A stretch of 59,358 nucleotides of DNA, the filler included, from Sluysia triapertura (Eukaryota), in assembly GCA_046118255.1 (NCBI GenBank). It is 5 parts of 5 records of this genome, joined end to end, with 100 filler letters (N's around TTAATTAATTAA, not from the genome) between each part and the next. Parts side by side here need not be neighbours in the genome. Positions count along the whole stretch, not along the records: positions 13,154 to 24,054 come from JBJNIA010191762.1; positions 24,155 to 35,090 come from JBJNIA010191251.1; 3 more parts are not named here. One strand, written 5' to 3'. This document shows, in pieces, positions 13,195 to 28,786 of this stretch; positions within the stretch are counted from its first letter, which is position 1, and every line of letters starts with the position of its first letter. A model generated the notes under the pieces. That model ran no database searches. It was not told where the DNA came from and saw only the letters and a program-made list of their open reading frames with translations. A program made the position numbers and the translations under genes.

Positions 13195-13940
13195 TAAAAT
13201 TTGACTTTGCTCAATATTAAGGCTTTCCTTACATGAACTCGGTCAAAGCATACCTTCATCGAAAGATCTTTTCAAAACAAATACATACAGTTTCAAATTT
13301 AACATAGCATTCCACATTCAAAAGTTATTCACAAAAACATACTTTCTCTTAATTAAGTTAAGATTTTAATTAATTAATCTATTTTTAAACTTAATCTTAT
13401 TCTATGTTTAAAGGTTTTGTTTAGGTTCTAAAGTTATTTAGTAGTTTATAAGGCATTCAGAAGGCTCTAGATGTTTTCACCTTCACCTCCCTGATTCCTT
13501 TTTTTACTTCTTCATGTTAATTATTACTATGTTAAACTTATCTTTATTATTTTAAGCAAAGATTCTATTTCTCAAACATTTTAAAGATTTTATACACTTT
13601 ATAAAATTACTCGAAGATCTTAGATGCTTATCAAGGTTTCATGAATATTTAAAGGTTAATAAGATCAAAATTAACAAGCCCAAAGTATTCTAATGTCTTC
13701 AAAGGTTTTACAAGTCCACTTCAAGCCTCCACAAGGTCTCGCCACTTTGCATCTATCTTTGTAATGTCAGAGTATTCTTTAGCTGTTATAATTATTAGAC
13801 ATGCTTTTATTTTCATAATTCTTGTTTCCAACAATGTTTATAATTTCAATCTATCACTTCGTATCAATTCTTCCTTCATTTTATGGTCCCGTGTCTATTA
13901 CTCATCTTCTAATCCACAGTTGGACAATCCCATCATATCT
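13195..13940 (+). repeat. Repeat family B, possibly a CR1-like LINE 3' region on the minus strand
   Basis: Clear similarity to 24815-25200 (+), 57607-57665 (+) and 58497-59040 (inverted). The minus strand has a weak 'TRDHKMK' match to the CR1 TRGH motif. Confidence 0.8.
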
Positions 13941-16900
13941 CATTCCCGAAGAAAATGTCTGACTTCAGACATTGAAAAAACTATAAAATTACAGAACATC
14001 CATAAAGAAACAGTTAAAGTAATTGTTCATTAATTAATAATTAATATTATTTACCTGAGCAATGGCACATTGCATTCAATTACAAAGAGAAAAAAATAAT
14101 TTTAAATAAAGACACAACATTAGCGTTAGCTGACAAGTGTAATATTATTTAGATTTTTCTCCAAATTGCTTGATTTCATCTGAATTTTATTTTGATTTAT
14201 TTATAATTATAATTATTTAGATCAATATGCAGTATTTATTTTGTTTTCTATTATATTAACACGCTCGCTGCTAAGCAACACAAACTTCTACCTACGAGAT
14301 AAATTGTAGTTGGCAGTGATCGTGTTACTCATTATTAATTAAGATAAACACACATGTTAATATACTTTTGGGTACAAAATTTTATCTGCATATCAAACAA
14401 CAGAGACAAGTTCAGAACCAACCTTCGTAAAATAGATTAATAAAAATTGATTGGCCAAATTTATACAAAATAAAAATGACCGATTATATAGTGCACTCAT
14501 AGTACTTAAAGTAATAAAACTAAGTTAAATATTTTTATTACACAAGTAATAAGACATTTGAATTTTACTGCAAAATTACACATTTATTATCAACTTAATG
14601 ATATAATAAAAACTAATAATTTATAAATAAATTTATTTACATGGAAAAATATAATATGTACAAAAAATAGTTTAGCACTGTCTCATTTAATTTAATACAA
14701 TTAAGGAAAAAAATCGATATATTTAGTTTAAATAAAAATTAATAAATATCAAAAATTGACGATTCAAAATCACAAATTCTAAGTTTCAAACAGATTTTAT
14801 TTTACCAAATGTAAAAATTAATTCTTTCGATATATTCATGTAATGCATGAAAACAATCTAATAACAAAGTGACATTAACATTACAAACAAACGATAATTT
14901 CGTTTAGAAATTTACAACGTACGTTAAATATTCATTATAAACGAATTATCATTATCTAAATAAATTTTAGTACAAATATTTATAAATAAAAATTAAAAAT
15001 TTTTGTTTACAAATTACTTACATTATAAATAGTATATTTCATATTATAAAAATAACTGGAAATATTATTTTGTTTCTAAACAATAATGTTTTAACAATCA
15101 TGGACTAATAGTATCGAACTCTATTATAAAATGTTTGTTATATTTTATTTATTTATTTCGAAATATTTTGGCCGAGAACTAAGTTTTCTCAAAAGTCTTG
15201 TACGATGTTCTGTGCAAGTGTTGAAGTCCATCATGTCATCAAATAACTTAGTACTTGTATCGTTATGATAAGAAGACCTTTTTATAACATAATGATTGAC
15301 AGTACAATAACATCACATCATATGATTGAAATAGGAATTCTTTTTACGACTACAATTACTGTTTTTATAACTGGAAGAACTAAAATGAGCACCTTCATGC
15401 AATCCTTGAATGTATAATTTCTAAGATCCTTATCTCAGTTGGCTAAGAAAACTCATAAAGCGAAAAATTTCTATATACATAATCTATGTCAAATCTCAGT
15501 TACACAAACAATATCTAAACAATTTTAAGTTCCTGGAAGAATGCTTTGTTAGATATTTACTAAAACAGTAAGTAATATCCAAAAAGATTATCACTAAATA
15601 TTTTACAAATTTATCAAACATATCCTTTTTTTATTACTTCATACATTACAGTGTATATATGGTTAACGTATCTACATTTTCAAAAAATTAGACAAGTTTT
15701 GTTTTTACAAAAGTACAGGCTTATTCATAGTTATATGTCAAATGAATTGAAATAATTTTATGTTCGAAAATGATTACTTAATTTAACGAGAACTTGAATT
15801 TAACAATCAAGATTGAACGAGATTTTAATTTAATAAATTGATTTCCTAACTGTTCTTATTTCTACTATTTGGCTTTAGCCGATCGACATATAACTATGAA
15901 TAAGCTTAGATATTATAAAATCAAATGCTTATATTTGAAATAGATAACAAATTAATACTATTAAATGCCTGCCAATATTAAAATAAGAAATACTTCCATA
16001 GTATTTTTACTACATTTTGTTTATTTCTAGTTTTACGAATATTACATGGCAAACACTAAACAATTATTAACTTCAACATGAAAAGAAAATAAATTACCAA
16101 GCTTCTACACGTTATTTATTAACATTTTTCCTTTTATTATTGGATTAAAGTACAAATACATGTAGTAAACATGAAATGTAGACAAAATAACATTAATCTA
16201 ATTTATACAGCACAGAATACACCAGAAAAAATTATACTACGAATAACTGATGCTAATTTATCAATTCGTTCGTTGATTAAATATAAAAAACTTTAAGATG
16301 GATCAACTAAGTACGATTATTTCATATCAAACCAAAGTAGATTATTCAATGAATTCAAATAATAATAATATTAAAAAATGGTCATCATTTAATAAATGTC
16401 TAAAGTAACATTATGACAAATACATTTTTCTAGTTTTTATTCAGGTACCTCATGTACATATCAACATTAATGTATTAATAAAATACAAGAAATAAATAAA
16501 TCAAAATAATTACCCAACGAAAATTTGAAAACAATATTCTCTCAATTTGAAGATTATACTACTTGAAAGTGGCTAAATAAATGAACAATAAAGGAATAAC
16601 GTTACACCGGAATTACAAAAACCAAACAAGATTCAATCATTGGACAATTATATTTCCGATAAAAACATTTGTTACTTTTGTGGAATAATATTATTTTAAT
16701 TTTATATTGTAAGATTCGATTAATTTTATAATTATCTTGTACATTAATTGTCATGATGCAATCGATATTATTTATTTATTTATTGATGTAAAACTGATTA
16801 GCTGTCAATATGCTAATTTCTGTCACATGCTATTATTTTTTTGTTCCTATTGTATTTTTGTTACACAAAAAATAAATACATAAAAATTTGGATTTAATAA

Positions 16901-18226
16901 ATTATCAAAGTGAAAAAATGATATTTGCGAAATCACAAATTTAATATAATAATAAATATATATAAATTTGAAAGACAACCATAGTTAATTTGAATTAAGT
17001 TTTGCATTTTGTTTGTGTAAAATATTAAAAAGTTACTTTAAGAATTAACGAAATTATAATGAAAATTATGAGTTTAATATGAAATAATTTTTATCGATTT
17101 TGTATGATTTATGTTAACACATTGAGTACAATATGCAGTGAATTTCCATATTTATTTTGTAAATAATTAATAAACAATGATAACAAAAGTTATTAATAAC
17201 ATAGTGTAACATTTATTAAAATACATATAATGTTTATCATATACATTTAAAATATTTTTCGTGACTTCATGTTTTACTTGTAATTTTAATTTATTATACA
17301 ATATTGTATTAAATTTAAAAAAAGTGATTTTCTGTCATCTGTCCTCAATGTGTTAATGTCATGGACAAAGAACTTTCATTTTGATTCTATATGTCATAAA
17401 TCTACTTGTAAATTAGTCATTTGAAATGATGGACATTTTACTAAGTCAAAACAATACAAATCACACAGGATTTAATGTCATTAAATAAGCAAACACAGAG
17501 TTAATTTTATTGGTGTGATATTTCATATTTTATGCTCTCATTTATTGCTTTACGTCAATATTATTCAATCAACGAAAAAAACTGGTCGAGATAATAAATT
17601 TCTACGTCCAAGTTGTCTTTGTGCTTAAAGAAAATTGTGGAAAGCGTTAAAATCTGTTTAAAAAAAGACTCTTAAAACGAATGTGCTGGAGTGACAGTTT
17701 ACAAAATATTAAAAATTAAATCTTGAATCATATCATGAATATTATAATCAGTTTTAATTGTCGTTCCACCAAAGTCTAATGTCAGAAAAATAATAAAATA
17801 ATTTATGCTGAAATGTCAAGGTACAAAGCAATTGTTTATAAGCTGCTCTTCACACAATTTGTGTAAGTTTTGTACAATTATTAGCTTAATAAAAAATCAA
17901 TGTGCCATTTAATGAATTGCAATTATTAATAAAGCATTAATTTTTTAATCATAGTCGCTACTATCTTTATACAATCGTAATGAAGAAATTAAAAAAAAAC
18001 TGAATCGTATTTGAAAATATCATGAACGATGACTGATTTAAAGTACAAGTTAAAAATATTACTATGAAAATAGGGTTTTAATAAATAATTTAAAAAGGTA
18101 TTTTAAAAATCAACAAGTACTAGATACAGTTATAATAATTCAAATTTAAAATAACTAACAAAAAATCGTCCTTTAAAGGATAAAATTTCAAGAATAATTT
18201 AATATTTTACAACTTGTAAAATGCAA

Positions 18227-18282
<56 letters not shown>

Positions 18283-18443
18283 TCATACCTAGGGTAAACA
18301 CAATTATCATTATACTTAATGAGAATAAAAATCACATAAACAATTCGAAAGGCTTTGAATATTATTTATATACATACGCCAGTAAATCTTATAACTATAC
18401 ATCTGAATAAATTGAACCAAGATTTCATAAAACTCTTTATTGT

Positions 18444-19707
18444 TCAAGATTCGCTTTCTGATTCCGATTCTGAAGATTCGTCGTCATCATCGTCATCGTC
18501 ATCATCTGATTTTGAAGATGATGATTCTGAAGAATTACTACTAGAATCACTGACTTGACCTTCTTCCATAGATTCATTTGTATTATTAGTAATATTATTT
18601 GTGCTAATATTATTTTTGGTATTGCTTGTGTTGACAGTATTAATTAGATTTAATGAACCTGGAGTACTGTATGAGGCATTTCCTTTAATCATCGGATTAT
18701 TGATTTCTTTATTAGAACCTAAATAAAATAGAAAAATGTTAACATATAAAAAAATGTACATTCATCTTCAAAATATTAAATTATTTTTTCCTAATTGTAA
18801 AACTTTTCTTCGATTGTGAGCAATTCCTTGAAATGGTTATTTCATTAGAAAATTCGGTTTTCAAATCAAGCAATTTTGAAGTACCGAAATTTGAATTTTG
18901 AATCAGTTTTAAAATAATCAAACACCTAATGTCTCATGTTTCTTATATCTTTTATTTAATATATACAACAAAACAATTTATAACATTTTATTAAATTATA
19001 GTTTTGTAAAGTTATAATTTCTTTGAGTAATAATAATAGTAATAATAATAATAATAATCATAATCATAATAATAGTAATAATCATAATAATAACAATTAT
19101 AATAATTATAATAACAATAATCATAATCATAACAACAATAGTAATAATAAGATTTGATTTATTATTTTGCCAAATTATTTTAATTAAAATAAAACCTAGT
19201 TGTGCAAAAAAATTGATATCCCTTTTATCTTTGTATTTTTTTATTCTATACAAAATATAATATATCGTTAAATACTGCATTAAATATATTCAGTAAAATC
19301 AATTTTTAAAATTTTCGGTATTTTTCAAGCCCTAGATAAAATAAAGTACAAAAATTAATCAATACCTATATCAGTTTGTGGATTAAAAGGCATCTGATTG
19401 TGCTGTAGAGGATTATTTGAATGATTCTGTTGTGATAACAATAAACTGTGTTGTTGCCTTTGTTGCTCTGCAACAAAGTTGACTCCATCTACAACTGGAG
19501 TTGTGATTGAAGTAGTTATAGGAGTTTGATTGGTAGCAGCAAACGTGGAATGTCCAGACTGAAATGTAGATATAACAAAACGATACAATTCTTTCAGAGT
19601 TTGAGGTGACAATACTTCAAAATCAATATCCAATTCATCTAAATTCCAATCTGAATAAGCAGCTTCGTTTTCCTTAAGTATTTCAATAACACGACCTAAC
19701 TGCTTGC
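18444..19707 (-). CDS. BET-family bromodomain protein (BRD2/3/4, fsh-like), last two exons: 19707-19366 (ET domain) and 18718-18444 (SEED tail)
   Basis: 'GKQLGRVIEILKENEAAYSDWNLDELDIDFEVLSPQTLKELYRFV' is the ET domain. A phase-1 GT-AG intron joins it to a Ser/Glu/Asp SEED tail ending in TGA. Confidence 0.9.
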
Positions 19708-20689
19708 CTAAATTTATTTATAAATTTAATAGTCTATTAAATTGTATTTTCTGACATTGTTCACATTTTAAATATGAAAATAATTTTTGCTTACAGTAAT
19801 ATTTATTTAAACATTTAATCACTAAATCCAAACAAGCTTCAAGAATTTTGTTATGCCTTAGAAATGTTAAGAAAATATGAAAATCAAATAACTCACAATA
19901 TTATTTTAAAAAATCATTACTTACTTATACGTAAGATAAACGGCACACAATAACAACAATTTATTCATGTCTGAAGATCGCATATAAACATGTCTATACA
20001 TTACAAAACAAAAATACAATGCAATAATAAAAATGAGAATTTACTGTTAGAATATCCTAACAATCTTCAAATAAAATAACTGATAATAAAATATACAAGC
20101 ATAATTTATAAATAAATCATAAAACATCTTAAAAGATATAATAAATTTAATAAGGTATTAGAAAGCGTTTACAAAACTCAAAAACCATCAGAAATTGCAA
20201 GACAAACGTAATAAAATTAGGATGAAATTCATTATACTTATTCAACACTTATAAATAGCAACAAATTAAATGTGTATAAATGTACTTATAAATAAATGTA
20301 CTTATAAATGTGTACAAATAAATTCTAACTTGCAAGATAGGCAATTAAAATTATAATAGAATAAAAAGTTGCCCAAACAACCAACAATTTAGAATCATTT
20401 AAATTATTGTAGAACTAAATTGGTCAGGTAGTAGAATATGTTATAAGGAAATGTTATGCGATGGAAATTGGACAAAATTGTTTACAATTTTCAAAAAATC
20501 AAAAAAATACTGAAACAACACTATAATTTTGTGAAGAAATTGTTAATTGTACTGTTAAGTGTCATCATTATTAGACCTTAAAGTTATTGTTTAGACTAAT
20601 ATCCTATTTAATCTTAATTCTAGTCATAGGAAAAGTGCTTTTATTTTTACTTTGATGCTAACTTCCTGCTCAGATTTATTTCAATCTGA

Positions 20690-21570
20690 ATACCAGGTAC
20701 TTCATACTTGAATTAATTAGGAATAAACTTTATTTTTTGATAGCTTTAATTTATGAGGTCCATAGAATCAATTTGACAGATAAAATTAACTAAAATTTTT
20801 ACTTGATGAAAGTGATGTTGGTCAAATCGAAAAAAATATAACCAAAAGTGCTTATTATTACCTAGAAAACCAGCATAAACATAAATAGATTTCAGTTGTT
20901 TGAAATCTAAAATTTAACAGCATGTCAAATTCATTTACGCGATGTGCATATGACGTAATTGATTTATAAAATGTATCTATAATTGTTAAGAAAAATCTTC
21001 TACATTAGCTGCTTTGCGAAAGGAGGGTTGGTACTAGAGATTTAATTTACTTAAAACTTACTTGCATAAAACATTATCAGGAAATGTGATTCATATAAAT
21101 TAGCAATGTTAGGATACACATTATTAGACATGATCCACTTATATAATTAGAAACATTTCAGCATATGCAAATGATTCAAGTATTCGTTCATTAAATAACA
21201 TAACACCCGCAGATTCAAAAATAAAAACATCAACTGGTTGTGAAAGATTGATTTCTAACAACAATTATTTTTCTGGATAACTTATTATTTCGTATAAGTG
21301 TATTATAAAATCTAGACAGGATGTCTTCTTTACTCCTGTCTGGCAAAATCTAGCACAACTTTTCCGTAAAAATAATTTAAATTAAGTAGAAGTACGCACA
21401 TATTTATTGTTGACTCATTTAAGAATAAAATTGAAAATATTGACTATAAGACCAGTTTCGTGTACGATAATCAAAGATATCATTCGATGAATCAAGCCGA
21501 TTTTTAGATGACTTTTGTTTAATATAGCATCACTCATTGAAATACTTGAATTAACTTTTATTCGTCGTTT
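20690..21570 (+). mobile_element. Highly decayed RLE-type (R2/NeSL/Utopia-like) non-LTR retrotransposon
   Basis: Broken motifs appear in the expected order: '*LGINF' (KYLG), 'LRKGGL(G)TRDL' at about 21014, 'IIKSRQDVFFTP' (like IKARLNLLPT) at about 21302, and 'ILELTF' at about 21542. Confidence 0.45.
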
Positions 21571-22466
21571 TGATTAACAAAAAAATTAGGATAAAAAACA
21601 TTCACTATTAGCAAAACTCATTGTTTGTGTAATTTTTTAACAAAATTTCCAACTCACAACTTTCATCTTTGCATTTTTATATACTTTTCAATTTTCTGAT
21701 TTTGTAATTGGGCCAATTGTATTTTTACAGTTCGCCAATTATATAATATTTAGAATTTCTTAATGATAATGCATAAATTATTACACAATTCGTTTGAATT
21801 TTTGTTCTTGTTTATAATAGTTTTTATTATAAAAATATTTACTCTATAAATAAAATTTCCTTCATTTTTCTTTAAGCATAAATAAACGCATTAAAATATT
21901 TTGAAATGTAAATTATAATGTATAAAGCATGAAGAGTTAAAGACAAGGGTGACCTTGTTGTTAAATTGTTTAAAGAATAACATTCTGAATTAAGTGATTG
22001 TAAAACGTGCGAGAATTAATGATTAAAGATGTAAGGTATAAGATGTTTGATGATCTTTGAGTGATTAAGAATGCGAGTTTTGCTTAGTGTTTCACTGTTA
22101 AATCTTTTATATATACAAACAGGATTTTAAGTATATTCTTAGTATCTTTTTATAAATTTGTTGTGTCATCATCCTCACTATTTCTATTATCACCATCTAT
22201 GAATTTCAATTATTATTTGAGATTCATTGGCAGCCTTTATCAAATACTTTTATTATGCAATTTTAGCAATTTATATTTTTAGTACGTTTTATGTTTCAAA
22301 TTATTTTAATAGTTCTCTTTTTCAAAAAATAATTCTGACATTGTTAAAACAATGTGATATGCTGATAGAGGTATTACAAAGTGGCGTATTGTGTGCGTAA
22401 TGATAGTGATGATAATTTTATGATATTGATATCGATAATAATTACATATTTTAATTTTATTTATTA

Positions 22467-22534
<68 letters not shown>

Positions 22535-24054
22535 ATATTGATAGTAATGATAATAATTATAATAATAGCAATATTAATGACAATAGTGATAAAAATAATA
22601 GCAATAGAATATAATAAAAGTTAAATATAATTATAATTATAATAAAATTAGACATAATATTGAATAGTAGCATTAGTGATAATGGTCAGGGGTTGTAATG
22701 ATATAAGTAGTGTAGAAGATGGATAATTTTATATAGATTCGTTTGTTGCTTAAATGGTTTATATGTTTGTACGGTTATAATGATGAATGAGAGTTTTGAA
22801 TCACTAGAATAACTTTTAGAATGAAAATATTTTATTAACGTTTTGAATGTAACGATTGATTTTAAAGTTGTGAGGTATATAATGTACGAATTTCTTTAAA
22901 CTTTCAGTTTGAGGACAAATCTTCCCAAAGTATTTGTCAGGTCCATATGTCTAAGTATCATAATAATAACGATAGTAATTGAAAATAATAATAGGAATAA
23001 TATTTAATAATTAATAATTATTTTAATTATTATAATAAATTGAAATTTCTTCATCAGATCAAAGCCCGAAAAAATACATTTACTAACTAAAAGGTGTAAC
23101 GTCCATATAGCGTCACGCCCAATTTAAAAGAAAAAAATATAAAGTAGTCATAGCGTTTAAAACGCTAATAGTCTCACAGATAGAATTTAACGACAATAAA
23201 TTAATTTAATTTAATAAATGATTTTAATTTATGACGGTAGTCATTCCTCACAAAATGTATTACATAGTGTCATTTCAATAAAATTTTAACGAACAAATCG
23301 GGGATAAACTTAACATGACATAGTTCATTATCTAACCATAATCAATATCGTGTGGAGACAATTTGAAAAAAGCAATTTAATTAGATGCAGCTCAATATTT
23401 AGTTAATTTTACAATTCATATCCTGATTAGATTCTTGTAGATTAGACCGACAAAAACTAATAATTCATAAATTTATATTACAGAAGTTTTTTGTTTCTCG
23501 ATTAATTCAAGGATTAAAATCCACTCAAAATCTAAATTGTTTTAAAATTATCAACACTTAAAGGTCAGGCCATGTAACATTTGTAACATATGTAACATTT
23601 ACATTAAGTGAAAATTTTACCTTACAATAATGTATAGTAAAAATTTAGAATGATTTTTCTTTAACAAGTTATATTCTTAAAATTCGTAAAATATTGCCGA
23701 ATGTTTAAACGCAACGGTAAAATAAATATGCGGACATTTAAGTGTTAATATTAGTAATAATTTGTATGAAAGTTTGCTTACTGAAGTGAACTAATTTGTT
23801 TTGTTATTTTATCTATTTTTCTACCTTTCAGTTCTTTTAATTAGCATTTATAAAAAGAAATGTTGATAATAAACCTTCAAGACTGATATTTTATTTCTTC
23901 TGTCGATAATTTTAAATTACAAAATTGTTTTGGAAGTTGCATTAAACGACTATTCGTTATAAAACGAATAAATACAAAGAACTAATAAAAGGTTCAGAGA
24001 TTGATCAAAGAAAGTAATTGTAGAAAATTACATTATAAATTATAATTATATAAA

Positions 24055-24154
24055 NNNNNNNNNNNNNNNNNNNNNNNNNNNNNNNNNNNNNNNNNNNNTT
24101 AATTAATTAANNNNNNNNNNNNNNNNNNNNNNNNNNNNNNNNNNNNNNNNNNNN
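24055..24154. other. Assembly spacer N44-TTAATTAATTAA-N44
   Basis: Same 100-bp linker. Confidence 0.97.
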
Positions 24155-24765
24155 GTTATAGATATATACAATGTGATTTGTGGTTGCTGCTTCACAGTGT
24201 AATAATGAACTCTTTGAAGTTATTTTAGTCTTAAATTTGAAATGTCATGGTTTAAGTTTTAAAAAACGAGATTTATACATTGAATTTAAAAGTTAAAATG
24301 TTTGTTAGAAGGTTTGAGTTAAAAATGTTTGTTAAAAGGCTGGGATTAATTCGATTTTAAGTGATGATTGCAAAACAAATTTATATATGTTATTATGTTG
24401 TTACAATGATTGAGGATGATGAGTATTGTTATGTGAAATGAATTTGGATCGTTATTGTTGATTATTGTTTTAGGTGAGATGATATTTGTTTCCGAAATAG
24501 TTATTAAGAACATTTGAATGCTATTGTATTTGTGGTTTGTGAGATTTATGTTGTGATTCTGACTTGTTTGATGAAGTGTTTAATGAGTGGATGTTATGAA
24601 TTGTTTAGACTGGATGTAAGAATTTATTGAGTTGGGAATGTTAAGATATGGATTAATTTGTTGTTGGATGTAGTTTTTGGTGAAGTGCTAAGGTTGTGTA
24701 TTATTGTTTGATGATGAATTGCGTGGTGTTTAAAGTTAAAAGTATGGCTTTTAGTAAGGTTATTA
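24155..24765 (-). repeat. Repeat family C (strand-skewed, A/C-rich sense strand)
   Basis: The reverse complement matches 30720-31420, for example tgaagcagcaac and aatcacaacata...aaccaYaaataca. Confidence 0.7.
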
Positions 24766-24814
24766 TTTGTAAGATTTATTTTAATCTTAAGCCATAAGAG
24801 TTGACCACTACAAT

Positions 24815-25200
24815 TAGGACTTTCCTTGCATGAACTCTGTCAAACCTTATCGAAAGGTCTTTTCAAAAAAATACATACACAGTTTCAAATTTAACATAGG
24901 ATTCTGCATTCAAAAGTTATTCACAAAAACGTACTTTTTCCTAATTAAGTTAATTAAGATTTTTAATTAGTTAATCTATTTTATGTTTAATCTTAATCTT
25001 ATTTTATGTTTAAAGGTTTTATTGTGGTTCTAAAGTTATTTAGTAGTTTATAAACTAGTTTATATTACTTCTCTTATTCATTTTTCTATTTCTTCATATT
25101 AATTATTACTACACCAGATTTATTTTTAATACCAATATCAATGATTTTATTTCTCAAATATTTTAAAGATTTTAGACACTTTATATTATTATTTTTCACA
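24815..25200 (+). repeat. Repeat family B copy
   Basis: Near-colinear match to about 13222-13610, with an internal deletion. Confidence 0.85.
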
Positions 25201-27719
25201 TATTTTCTATCACTTTTTATTACATATTTTAAATTATCCAACCTTTTAATCTATTTTCTACTCACTAACTGGGCATTCCCAACACAATCATTATTTTCTT
25301 TTTATTCTGCTAAATCTATTATTCTACCAGGTCCATCAATGTTAAATGGAGTTAGGAAGCCTGTTCCAATTCTGATTTTACGTATTACGAGTGATTTTGA
25401 ATTTATTTATATTAAAAAAATTATGATTATTTTGAATTGAAGTTCGAACTGTATTCTGAAAACTATGAAACTGCCAATAAATAGTATGTCGTCTCCCTGC
25501 ATGCTTTCTGAACTGGATTTGTCACGTGATTCTTAAATGAATATTGTTTATATTATTACTAAGCTTATGGTTTATATTATTGTTCTCCGGCAAAACCTTG
25601 TTTTAATAACCTTAAACTGATAAGCTATCCAAAAAATGAGATCTCGAAGACATTAGTTGCAGTACCAGTAAAAAAGAGGTTGTCTATTCTAAAAATTATT
25701 AAATGAAACTTTAATGTGATCTCGAACAGTGTCCGAAGATACAAGTAAAAGAAAGGTGATGTGTGTTTCTAAAGGTATTAATATTGTAAGTTTTGTAAAT
25801 GTTTAAAATATATCAAAGTTTTATGCTATTCAAACAATTTTAATATAATTGTATCATAAATTACACCACAAATTAAACAATAGATTATGATAATTTAAAA
25901 ACTTTTACAATTTAACTAATAGGCTAAATAAAGTTAAAATGTTACCTTGAATTTACGAACGTCCTAACAAGCTTCTTATTTCTTACTTCATAAGTGTAAT
26001 AACATTATAAATCACCTTGAGCCAAATTAACTTAACCAAAGCTTATTAAACAAATTTAGGAATCTTTAAATCAGGCTTAAAAATGAAAGTGAAAATACTA
26101 TTTATCATTATTTTTATGAAATGTGCAGCATGAATTCAAATTTTCAAGTTATGTAAATTGCGCAGGATATTAAAGGAGATAAAATTAAAACGTCATCTGA
26201 ATTTAAACCAACACCATTAATGAGTTAATCAATATTAATAACCTTTTTTATTTTTGAAATATTTTAAGTTTAAAATTATTTCGAATTCAAACCTGTTTAC
26301 CTGTCAGAAACTTAAGAATATTTTATGATTTCCAAAATGCTTATTCTTTCGTCAATTTTAATCAACTGTCTTAACTGTTATTTTAACGCAAGAATATGCA
26401 TTTTACATTAATATAGATGAAATGAAGAGAAAAACAATATTTTAAAATTCGTAATTTGTAAAAAAATACTAAGATAATACAGTTGCCTAAATATAGATTT
26501 TAATGTAGTTAAAAATGAATCGTTAATTCGTCACTTTCTGTTACTTTTCTACTGCATTAGAAAAATTTAATGACTGAAAATAATTTTACTTTTTTTCTTT
26601 TAATTACGCACACATCTGCTACCAAATTACATTTTATTTGAATATGCTTTAGTAATAAACTTTTAAAGCAAAATTTGACTGCAATTATATTAAAATGTTT
26701 GATTTATTTAACTTCTAAGTGGAAACATTCAAATTGTAATGAATTTTAAGATCGTTATGCATGTTTCTAAAAATGAAGATTGATAATAGATAATGTCTAA
26801 AAATAAAATATAAGCAAAATCAGTGGAACCATTTTTCTGAACGTCCATGAACTGTATTGGATTTCTTTAAGCCAAAAATGCTCGTACACTTACATAAACC
26901 CATTAAAGTTGAAATAATAACTCAAATTAAATAAGACTAACTAAATAAACAAAATTACTATAAACCAACTCCAAAGAAACAATACTAAATTCAATGTGCT
27001 AAGAAAAGTCCCTGTGTATGGTTTTATAAAGGTAGTTCTTTATTTGGAAGAATATTCATAAATTAAAAAGTCATGAAATATGAGAGCATTACTTAAAGTT
27101 GGACTTATTAGGGTTAGTAATTTATAAAAAAGAAAATTGTAAAATTTAATTGGTTTTATTGAAACATCAAAATAATAATCCAATCACAATTTCTAATTGA
27201 ATTCATAGGTCAAATAAAATATTTCCAGTTATTGTATCACAAAATTCAAAAATTGTTTTTCAAATATTGATAATTAATCGAAATTGCTCCTGAATATACA
27301 ATAGTAGCACGAATTTGAACCTATATTTTTCTACTTTTTAAATTTCAATTTATTAGTTTTTTCGAATTCTCAGATATATTATCAAAATATAATTAGTATT
27401 TGCTTTTTAACAAGATCAGTGTAACAAAATTAAAACACCAAATATTACTTTTGAGTACATATTTTACAGTAGATATTAACGCAGTATAAGTTAATATTAT
27501 TGTTTTTGAAAAATAAAAAATGTAATGCTTTAATAAATGAAATCAAATAACAAAAACTATAAAAATTAGTGAATTTTTCCATAAAATAATCATGAGAAAA
27601 ATGTAGGTATTAAAAAATTAATAGCAAAATAATATATTGTGTAATAATAAACAAATCAATCTTTACCATTTTATTGGTCGAAATGAATCAGATTTCTAAC
27701 CAATCAAAATGAAGATATT

Positions 27720-28153
<434 letters not shown>

Positions 28154-28743
28154 CTTTATGCACATCCAAAAGAAGAAAACAAATTAATAATGAAAAATTT
28201 AACTCACTTTTAATAATAATCAAGATGAAAACAAACCACACATAGAAGTTTGTAATGATTGGCAAAATGGTATCGATGAGCTGGATAAGTAATTTATTCA
28301 AGTGTCATCATGATATAAGTCAAACACCTACGAAAAAACAATACCAAGGTATTCTGATTGATCAAACGACGCGCATGTTAGTTCTTTTCACAAACGTTTT
28401 GTCTAAATCGTTTTCCTTATGCTTCAATTTTTATGTTTTTCGGCGTTTTTATAAAATTTTTATCAATAGTTTATATAATATAAATGGTGTTCATTTAATC
28501 TAATTTTTAATATTTTCAGTCCTTACGACTTTAACGTTTAATAAAATAAAAGTAATAACAGAATTGTTTCAAAAAATGCAAACTTTATTTCGTTAATTTT
28601 AAAAAGTAACAAATAACAAAGTTAAAAGTTTCCATTGTAATTATTTTCATTGTTTAACCATAACCCATCAACCAATAAACCCCCACCAAATTGGTGCCAG
28701 GAGCGTTTCAAAAGAACCACCTCTCACAAGATTCATCAAATAA

Positions 28744-28786
<43 letters not shown>

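Noticed and set aside
13935-14076. Mini gene start MQCAIAQ|gt...ag|FFQCLKSDIFFGNEI*
   Set aside because: Splice signals are plausible, but the peptide is tiny, unrecognisable and runs into repeat family B.
18996-19280. Ile-rich ORF, and similar ORFs at 28650-28879, 9852-10154 and 18355-18558
   Set aside because: These are translations of (TAA)n microsatellites or antisense shadows of real exons.
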